NCBI RefSeq assembly: GCF_000172995.2
Contig: NC_014729.1
Location: 1,140,001 to 1,172,000, forward strand
Direction of reading: 5' to 3'
Length of the DNA: 32,000 nt
Origin: Halogeometricum borinquense DSM 11551
GTDB taxonomy: Archaea > Halobacteriota > Halobacteria > Halobacteriales > Haloferacaceae
Translations under genes and position numbers: made by a program
Shown: positions 26,002-32,000 of the stretch, in pieces
Position numbering within the stretch: the first letter of the stretch is position 1
Layout: the number at the start of each line of letters is the position of its first letter
Notes under the pieces: generated by a model
Told to the model about the DNA's origin: nothing
Database searches by the model: none
The model's input: the letters and a program-made list of their open reading frames with translations, nothing else

Positions 26002-26766
26002 ATGACTGTCGTCGCTCTCATGGCGGATCCGCCGCGCCCCGGACTTGTTCTCTCAGAACTCGCCGAGACGAGTCCGCTGTCGGAGACTGAGGCCGCGGAC
26101 CTCTACGCCGCGATGTTGAAAGACTCGATGGTCGCCGTCAGCCGCTCCGGTGGCGACCTGCTCGTGAACTACCGGTCTGAGGACCTCCTGCCCGAGGCGT
26201 ATCGTGAGGAGGATGGGACGGCGGAAGCGGCGGTCAGAACGCTAGCCGCCGATGCCCTCGACGACCCGAGCGAGGCGCGCTTCGAGGTGCAAGTCGGATC
26301 GAGCGTCTCCGCACGCGCAGGGAACACGATGATGCACTTGCTCCGAGACGAAGACGTTCGCACGGCCGCCGTCGTCCGCGGCGATGCCCCGTTTTTCACC
26401 CGGTCGAAGATCGATTCGATGGCGATGAAACTCCGGACGAACGAAGTCGTCCTCGGCCCGTCCACTGCGGGTCGGAGTTACGTGGCTGGCTTCTCCGATC
26501 CCATCGACTTCTCCGAAGCGTTCACGACGCCGGAAGTCGAGACGCTCACCGCGCGCGCGAACGACGCCGGGCACAACGTGGCGTTCTTGGAGATGCAACC
26601 GACCGTCCGAACCGGTGTAGACCTCCTCACGCTCGTCCCGGCGATTCGCGCGCGGTGGCAAGCCGAGCGAATCGTCCCCGGCTACACGGCCGAATTCGTC
26701 GTCGAGACGGGTCTGAACGTGGTCGAAGAGGACGGAGAACCGACCTTGGTCCGCGACGAGGAGTGA
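26002..26766 (+). CDS. DUF2064/nucleotidyl-(glycosyl)transferase-like protein
   Basis: ATG at 26002. MTVVALMADPPRPGLVLSEL..TSPLSETEAADLYAAMLKD resembles the N-terminal strand-loop-helix of DUF2064/MobA-like transferases. The assignment is tentative. Confidence 0.5.
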   Translation: MTVVALMADPPRPGLVLSELAETSPLSETEAADLYAAMLKDSMVAVSRSGGDLLVNYRSEDLLPEAYREEDGTAEAAVRTLAADALDDPSEARFEVQVGSSVSARAGNTMMHLLRDEDVRTAAVVRGDAPFFTRSKIDSMAMKLRTNEVVLGPSTAGRSYVAGFSDPIDFSEAFTTPEVETLTARANDAGHNVAFLEMQPTVRTGVDLLTLVPAIRARWQAERIVPGYTAEFVVETGLNVVEEDGEPTLVRDEE

Positions 26767-26807
26767 CCGACAAACCTTAGAACACCCACCGAGAATCAAC
26801 ACCCGCT

Positions 26808-26890
26808 GGTGGGATGGCAGAGTGGACTATTGCGCCTGCCTTGAAAGCAGGTGGCCTTTGGCCTCCTGGGTTCAAATCCCAGTCCCACCG
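26808..26890 (+). tRNA. tRNA-Ser (anticodon UGA), class II
   Basis: GGTGGGA/TCCCACC acceptor, CCTGC-CTTGAAA-GCAGG anticodon arm, long variable arm, CTGGG-TTCAAAT-CCCAG T-arm, discriminator G. Confidence 0.9.
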
Positions 26891-26892
26891 CC

Positions 26893-26896
26893 TTTT
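26893..26896 (+). terminator. Oligo-T run immediately after tRNA-Ser(UGA)
   Basis: TTTT begins 3 nt after the discriminator base. Oligo-T is the archaeal termination signal. Confidence 0.35.
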
Positions 26897-26995
26897 CAAG
26901 CGAATTTCGTATGACGTAGTTTCAACTGCGCCGCACGGTACCGAATCTGCCGGTAGATGCGTAACGGCTATGGGTTGGCCTTCCAACACAGGGAT

Positions 26996-27319
26996 ATGGA
27001 CTGGCCACACGACCCTGATAGCGAAGAAGGGAGTGAGGGAATGCGCAAGTACGGGCAGGCAATCATTGCGAAGAAGGTAGACGAAGACGAGGACTTCCCC
27101 CTCTCGACGGCGGAGTTCGTCGAAGAACACGGTGACGACCCGATTCGGATCGACTACGAGACGGTTGTCTCGCTTCGGGATATCTTCGAGAACGTCGAAG
27201 AAGAGTCGTTCGAGGCCTTCGTGCCGTTCCACAAAGCCGTCGGTCGCGCGATGCGCGAGAACGGCTACTGGTTCTACGAGGGCGCAGACCAGTTCGCCGA
27301 GACGAAAAACAGCGCCTGA
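26996..27319 (+). CDS. Conserved-looking small acidic haloarchaeal protein (function unknown)
   Basis: MDWPHDPDSEEGSEGMRKYGQAIIAKKVDEDEDFPL...NGYWFYEGADQF. The ATG at 26996 has a weak TATA-like GCTATGG about 26 nt upstream. The ATG at 26957 is an alternative start. Confidence 0.6.
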   Translation: MDWPHDPDSEEGSEGMRKYGQAIIAKKVDEDEDFPLSTAEFVEEHGDDPIRIDYETVVSLRDIFENVEEESFEAFVPFHKAVGRAMRENGYWFYEGADQFAETKNSA

Positions 27320-27358
27320 ACCGGCGTCGTTCGTCACCGCTCGTTCAGAGAGACTGAT

Positions 27359-28012
27359 TTATTCCGGAGTGGGACGTTCCCAATCGCGCGTCGTGTCACC
27401 TTCGACCTCGGCCTGTACTTTCTCTTCGAGGAGGTTCACAGCGACGCTATTTGCGCCTTCAGGGATGATGAGGTCGGCCTGTTTCTTCGTCGGTTCGATA
27501 AACTGCTCGTGCATCGGTTTGACCGTCGAGAGGTACTGGTCGATGACGCCTTCGAGGTCGCGGCCGCGTTCGATAACGTCGCGTTGGATGCGCCGGAGGA
27601 TGCGCACGTCCGCGTCGGTTTCGACGTAGAGACGCAAGTCGAACATCTCGTTTATCTCCTCGTCGTGAAGCGCGAGGATGCCCTCGATGATAATAACGTC
27701 AGTCGGTTCAACCGTCTCAGTTTCGTCCTTACGATTGTGTACCTCGAAATCATACTTCGGCATCTCGATTGGCTGTCCCTGCAACAGCGTTGCGAGTTGG
27801 TCGTGGAGGAGTTCCCACTCGAACGCCGACGGATGGTCGTAGTTGACCGACTCGCGTTCGGATAGTTCGAGGTGACTCAAGTCGTTGTAGTAGTTGTCGA
27901 TTGGGATGCGCGTGACGGACTCGCCGACGTTCTCCGTGATGAGTCGTGCGACGGTAGTCTTGCCAGCGCCGGTCCCGCCCGCGATACCGATGACGAACGA
28001 CGGGATGGTCAT
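27359..28012 (-). CDS. udk: Uridine kinase
   Basis: ATG at 28012 (verified). FVIGIAGGTGAGKTTVA (P-loop), NYDHPSAFE, VIIIEGI, and RRIQRDVIERGR. Confidence 0.9.
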   Translation of the reverse strand: MTIPSFVIGIAGGTGAGKTTVARLITENVGESVTRIPIDNYYNDLSHLELSERESVNYDHPSAFEWELLHDQLATLLQGQPIEMPKYDFEVHNRKDETETVEPTDVIIIEGILALHDEEINEMFDLRLYVETDADVRILRRIQRDVIERGRDLEGVIDQYLSTVKPMHEQFIEPTKKQADLIIPEGANSVAVNLLEEKVQAEVEGDTTRDWERPTPE

Positions 28013-28201
28013 CGGTGGAAAACGCGCCTGCGTCGATTTGAGCGTGGCGATTCCCGATTGGCCCCGACGAGTCACAACTTTTCACACGCACCCGAGTCAG
28101 TCAAACGAACGACATTTGTAGTGTTAGTATACCTCTATCACTGGTGTTTCATGCATTCTAAACTGCCAAAATCGACCGTCGGCGGTCAGGCGGGAGGTAA
28201 A

Positions 28202-28208
28202 TTTATAA
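28202..28208 (+). promoter_or_regulatory. TATA box (TTTATAA) for the substrate-binding protein gene, leaderless geometry
   Basis: aaaTTTATAAtgg is centred about 28 nt upstream of the ATG at 28233, within an AT-rich 220-nt divergent spacer. Confidence 0.45.
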
Positions 28209-28232
28209 TGGGGTGATGCCTTTGCGTGTCAC

Positions 28233-29552
28233 ATGGCACGTGATATCGCACGCCGTGACTTTCTGAAGCGCGCGGGTGCAGCCAGTGCTGTGGGAGCAGC
28301 GGGACTATCAGGGTGTATCGGAAGCCCCGGAGGAGGGGGAGGCGGTCCGGAAGGACTCGTTGTCATCGGCTACCCGGAAAGCGGAATTCAACTCTTCCGC
28401 GACTACTACAGCCAGTCCGACGGGTCCGAGAGCATTCTCGTCCCCGACGGTCTGCGCGACGGTGCGATGCCCGGTCAGGTCGGCAACGACATGGCGAACG
28501 TCACCGGGACAGCACCGGCGGCGGGCGGTCCGAATCAGGAAGCGTTCAACCAACTGTTCCAAGACGAGTACAACGCAGCGCCGGGTGTGTTCACCTCACA
28601 GTCGTACGACTCCGTGGCGCTGCTCATCCTCGCAAACGCCGCGGCGGGTGAGAACAGCGGTCCGGCGCTGAAAGAGCAGATGCGTCGCATCGCCAACCCC
28701 GGAGGCGACGAGTACGGTCCGGAGAAATTCGTCGAAGCGGTGGAAGCGGCCGCCAACGGCGACGACATCAACTATCAGGGTGCGTCGTCCGCGACGAACT
28801 TCAACGAGAAGGGCGACCCGGCGTCAGCCGCGTACGCCATCTGGGAGTTCGAGGGAACCGACTCGGATTCGACGGCCACCCAAGAGGTGCAAAACTTCGA
28901 AGGCGAAAACCCAGAGGGGAGCGGACCGTCGGCCGACAGCGGACCGGGAGGTTCCGACCGCGAAATCTCGGTGGGGATTCTCCTCCCTGAAACCGGCGAC
29001 CTCGCGTCCGTCGGTGCGCCGATGATTCAAGCGGCACAGATCCCGGTCAAACAGGTCAACAACGCCAATCCGGCGGGACTGACCGTCAACGCGCAGATTG
29101 AGGACACGCAGACATCGCCCAGCGCCGGCACTTCGGCCGCACAGGCACTCGTCAGTGCGGGCGTTCCGGGCGTCTGTGGCTCTGCGTCGTCTGGTGTCAA
29201 CGTTCCCGTCTCACAGCAGGCGTTCATCCCGAACGAAGTCGTCGGCTGTTCGCCGTCCTCGACGGCGCTGTCGGTGTCGAACCTCGAAGACAACGACTTC
29301 ATCTTCCGGACGGCACCGTCGGACTTCCTGCAGGGCCGTGTCATGGCGCAGGTCATGTCCGAGCGACTTGAGGCGTCCACCGTCTCGACGCTGTTCGTCA
29401 ACAACGACTACGGCCAGCAACTGTCGAACCGCTTTGCCAACGTGTTCGAAGAGCAGTTCGACGGTGAGGTGTACCACCAGACCGCGTTCAACATCGGAGA
29501 GTCTTCGTACTCCTCAGTCATCGAGACGGCGCTGTCCGCTCCGGACAACTGA
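28233..29552 (+). CDS. Tat-lipoprotein LivJ-type (Peripla_BP_6-like, type I) ABC substrate-binding protein with swapped half order (apparent circular permutation)
   Basis: RRDFLK twin-arginine motif plus LSGC lipobox. Residues 41-208 resemble the C-terminal half of LivJ and residues 244-439 resemble the N-terminal half (see findings). Single uninterrupted ORF. Confidence 0.85.
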   Translation: MARDIARRDFLKRAGAASAVGAAGLSGCIGSPGGGGGGPEGLVVIGYPESGIQLFRDYYSQSDGSESILVPDGLRDGAMPGQVGNDMANVTGTAPAAGGPNQEAFNQLFQDEYNAAPGVFTSQSYDSVALLILANAAAGENSGPALKEQMRRIANPGGDEYGPEKFVEAVEAAANGDDINYQGASSATNFNEKGDPASAAYAIWEFEGTDSDSTATQEVQNFEGENPEGSGPSADSGPGGSDREISVGILLPETGDLASVGAPMIQAAQIPVKQVNNANPAGLTVNAQIEDTQTSPSAGTSAAQALVSAGVPGVCGSASSGVNVPVSQQAFIPNEVVGCSPSSTALSVSNLEDNDFIFRTAPSDFLQGRVMAQVMSERLEASTVSTLFVNNDYGQQLSNRFANVFEEQFDGEVYHQTAFNIGESSYSSVIETALSAPDN

Positions 29553-29695
29553 GAAAGGCGAGACATCTCGTACCGACTCCAACGTTTCTTTCGACGCAAC
29601 CGGTGAGCGGCGGCGTTTCGTTGGTCCCGCAGCGTTTCTTTGCTCCGACAGAGTGACAGAAGGTACTCATACCACGACGGACACGACACACACCA

Positions 29696-30490
29696 ATGCA
29701 TCGCCGCGCCCTCCTCGCTAGTCTCGGGTCGTCGCTGCTCGTCGGTATCGCAGGCTGTCAGTCGGACCCCGGTGAAACGGGCAGTTCATCGCCGACAGAC
29801 AACGCCACGCGAACGAACTCACCTGCGACGGGGACGACGCAACGCCCGCCTTCGACCGGGACGCCGACAGGAGACGCGTACACTGTTCCTGATGCGGACC
29901 GAATACTCGGCTCCGCGCAGGCGAAACTCCGGAACGACAGTGGCGAAGCGACGACGTTGACGCTCGCTGTCGAGTACGAGGGCGACCGCTTCTTCGAGGA
30001 GTCGTTCGACTTGAAAGCGGGTGATGAGGTATCCACTGACTCGTTGGTCGCCTCGCACGCCACCTACGACGTGGTCGTGGAGACGAGCGACGGTGGCCGG
30101 GCGACGGACGAGTGGTTGATCCCGGAGCGTTGGCACTGGCCGCAGTTGGCGATTCTCGTCGCAGACGATGGGTCGCTTCAGATTGGCTGTGGATTGCCCC
30201 GAAGCCGAGAGATACCGGTCGAGAACACGGATGAGACGCCGCGTGATGTGACGCTAACGCTCTCTGACGGAAACGAGACGGTCGTAGAGACAACGCAGAC
30301 GATACAACCCGGTAACGGCCACCTCAGCTTTGACGGTCCTATCGGTGGCGAGTACGAGATGCAGATCGAGACAGACGAAGGGTCAGACACTGCGACGTAT
30401 TTCTCCTGTTACTGCCGGAATACGGAAGCACGCGTTCAGATCGACGACGGCAAGCCGACGCTGGAGACGCTCCGACTCACCTGCGAGTGA
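29696..30490 (+). CDS. Secreted lipoprotein with Thr/Pro-rich linker and two internally repeated modules; function unknown
   Basis: MHRRALLASLGSSLLVGIAGC (signal plus lipobox), a T/P/S-rich tether, then two similar ~60-aa beta-rich units. Five Cys lie in the C-terminal half. Confidence 0.6.
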   Translation: MHRRALLASLGSSLLVGIAGCQSDPGETGSSSPTDNATRTNSPATGTTQRPPSTGTPTGDAYTVPDADRILGSAQAKLRNDSGEATTLTLAVEYEGDRFFEESFDLKAGDEVSTDSLVASHATYDVVVETSDGGRATDEWLIPERWHWPQLAILVADDGSLQIGCGLPRSREIPVENTDETPRDVTLTLSDGNETVVETTQTIQPGNGHLSFDGPIGGEYEMQIETDEGSDTATYFSCYCRNTEARVQIDDGKPTLETLRLTCE

Positions 30491-30565
30491 GACGCGGTGG
30501 GGAGTAATCGGTGTATTCACTCCACACCGTCGAGTTGTCGCAAAAATCGAGTTCGGTCCGGGGCG

Positions 30566-31321
30566 TTAGCCGCCGAGGAAGTCTTGGCGAACCTGTTCGT
30601 CGTTCAGGAGCGCCCGACCGGAATCGGTGTAGCGGTTCTCGCCGTTAGCGAGGACGTACCCGCGGTCACACCGCCGAAGAGCCTCCTTCGCGTTCTGTTC
30701 GACCATGAGGATGGCCGTTCCTGCCTCGTTGATCTCGTCGATCTTGTCGAACATCTCGTCTACGAGGTCCGGTGCGAGACCCGCCGAGGGTTCGTCCAAC
30801 AGCAGCAGCGAGGGTTCGAGCATCAGGGCACGACCCATCGCTAGCATCTGCTGTTGGCCGCCGGACATCGTCCCCGCTTTCTGCCCTTTCCGTTCTTCGA
30901 GGATGGGGAAGCGTTCAAACACCATATCGAGGGCGTCCTGCGGCACCTCATCAAGGATGTACGCACCCATCTCCAAGTTCTCTTGAACCGTGAGCGCCGC
31001 GAAGACGTTGTCGTTCTGCGGGACGTATCCGACGCCCTTGTGGATGATCTCTTCGGGGCGCAGGCCAGTGATGTCCTCGGTCTCGAACGTCACTGTTCCG
31101 CCCATGTGACTGGTGAGGCCGAAGACGGACTTCATCAGCGTGGACTTGCCTGCACCGTTCGGGCCGACGATGGTGACGTACTCGCCGTCGTGAACGTCCA
31201 TGTCCACGTCGGTGAGGATCTGTAAGTCTCCGTACCCCGCATCAAGGTTGCGGACGCGAAGCAGTTCTTCGCCCGCAACATCGGGTGTCGAGTCCGTCGC
31301 CGCGGTGGTGTCAGAACTCAT
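30566..31321 (-). CDS. livF: Branched-chain amino acid-type ABC transporter ATP-binding protein (LivF-like)
   Basis: GPNGAGKSTLMKSVFGL (Walker A), LSGGQQQMLAMGRAL (signature), LLLLDEPSAGLAP (Walker B). ATGA overlap with the upstream livG. Confidence 0.9.
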   Translation of the reverse strand: MSSDTTAATDSTPDVAGEELLRVRNLDAGYGDLQILTDVDMDVHDGEYVTIVGPNGAGKSTLMKSVFGLTSHMGGTVTFETEDITGLRPEEIIHKGVGYVPQNDNVFAALTVQENLEMGAYILDEVPQDALDMVFERFPILEERKGQKAGTMSGGQQQMLAMGRALMLEPSLLLLDEPSAGLAPDLVDEMFDKIDEINEAGTAILMVEQNAKEALRRCDRGYVLANGENRYTDSGRALLNDEQVRQDFLGG

Positions 31322-32000
31322 ACGTTCCCTCCGAGGTACGCTTCGATGACCTCTTCGTTCGATTTGATGTCCGCTGGCGTGCCCTCAGTGAGGACGCGCC
31401 CTTGGTGGAGGACGATGACGTGTTCGCAGTTCTCCATGATGAGATCCATATCGTGTTCGACCAACAGGAAGGTGTAGCCCTGCTCTCGGAGTTCGTGGAT
31501 GTGCGTGAGCAGTCGTTTCTCAAGCGACGGGTTGACGCCGGCGAACGGTTCGTCCAACAGGAGCATGTCCGGGTCCGTCAGCAGTGCCCGAGCCATCTCC
31601 AGCAATTTCCGCTGACCGCCCGAGAGGTTGCCCGCGTACTCCTCTGCGATGTGGTCTATCTCGAAGAACTCCAGCACCTCCCAGACGCGCTCTAATAGCT
31701 CCTCTTCTTGCTCGATAACGTCGTTGCGGACGCCTGGGGTAACTGAACGCCAGAGTTTCTCGCCGCGCTGGTTCTTCGGCGCAAGCATCATGTTCTCCAA
31801 GACGGTCATGTCTTCGAGTTCGCGGGCGATTTGGAACGTCCGGACGAGTCCCTTGTTGGCGATTGCGTGCGGTTCCATCCCGGTGATGTCCTCGCCGTTG
31901 AACGTGACTGTCCCTTTGTCGGGTTTGAGCATCCCCGTGATGAGGTTGAACGTCGTCGATTTCCCGGCCCCGTTCGGGCCGATGAGGCCAGTCAGCGTTC
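31318..32000 (-). CDS. livG: Branched-chain amino acid-type ABC transporter ATP-binding protein (LivG-like), 5'-truncated by the window edge
   Basis: Reverse translation of 31933-32000 gives LTGLIGPNGAGKSTTFNLITG (Walker A) upstream of the track's Met. LSGGQRKLLEMARAL and MLLLDEPFAGVNP are also present. The gene continues beyond 32000. Confidence 0.9.
   Translation of the reverse strand, partial: TLTGLIGPNGAGKSTTFNLITGMLKPDKGTVTFNGEDITGMEPHAIANKGLVRTFQIARELEDMTVLENMMLAPKNQRGEKLWRSVTPGVRNDVIEQEEELLERVWEVLEFFEIDHIAEEYAGNLSGGQRKLLEMARALLTDPDMLLLDEPFAGVNPSLEKRLLTHIHELREQGYTFLLVEHDMDLIMENCEHVIVLHQGRVLTEGTPADIKSNEEVIEAYLGGNV

Noticed and set aside
28341-28925. Shared 'PEG' tripeptide at both junctions of the permuted binding protein (GGGPEGLVV and ENPEGSGPS) as a possible recombination scar
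   Set aside because: The codons differ (ccg gaa gga versus cca gag ggg), so there is no nucleotide-level repeat to support recombination at this site. It is probably coincidence.
1-32000. Looked for CRISPR repeats, IS/transposase/integrase genes, prophage genes, and toxin-antitoxin or restriction-modification modules
   Set aside because: No regularly spaced identical short repeats, no terminal inverted repeats flanking a transposase-like ORF, and no recognisable defence-gene motifs were seen. The three tRNA genes show no adjacent integrase or duplicated 3' tRNA fragment that I could spot by eye.

Overview
GC-rich segment with strongly acidic (Asp/Glu-rich) predicted proteins, Tat/lipobox signals and TATA-like elements about 26-28 nt upstream of start codons, which together point to a haloarchaeal (Halobacteria) chromosome. 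This looks like core genome, not an accessory island. The centre (15.4-21.6 kb, minus strand) is the conserved archaeal ribosomal-protein/RNA-polymerase cluster: tRNA-Ser, S13, S4, S11, RpoD, tRNA-Leu, L18e, L13, S9, RpoN, RpoK, enolase, S2. RpoK is a 58-aa ORF below the ORF-track cutoff. The flanks carry an Lhr-type helicase, a Dna2-like nuclease-helicase, a DASS/SLC13 transporter, an erythromycin-esterase-family protein, a DUF2342-type metalloprotease, MoaA divergent from an Mrp/ApbC Fe-S carrier, a UDG-family glycosylase, uridine kinase, a third tRNA, and the tail of a LivGF ABC transporter. I saw no CRISPR array, IS or transposase, integrase, or recognisable defence or toxin module. The most unusual feature is the LivJ-type substrate-binding lipoprotein at 28233-29552. 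Its two halves are in swapped order relative to canonical LivJ, an apparent circular permutation, inside one intact ORF with a signal peptide. Lesser findings are a degenerate ~90-nt tandem repeat in the long spacer upstream of the UDG gene, a GC-rich structured spacer between rpoD and tRNA-Leu, a small membrane protein/HTH divergent pair, and an internally duplicated Cys-containing lipoprotein. All family assignments come from motif recognition by eye; no searches were run.
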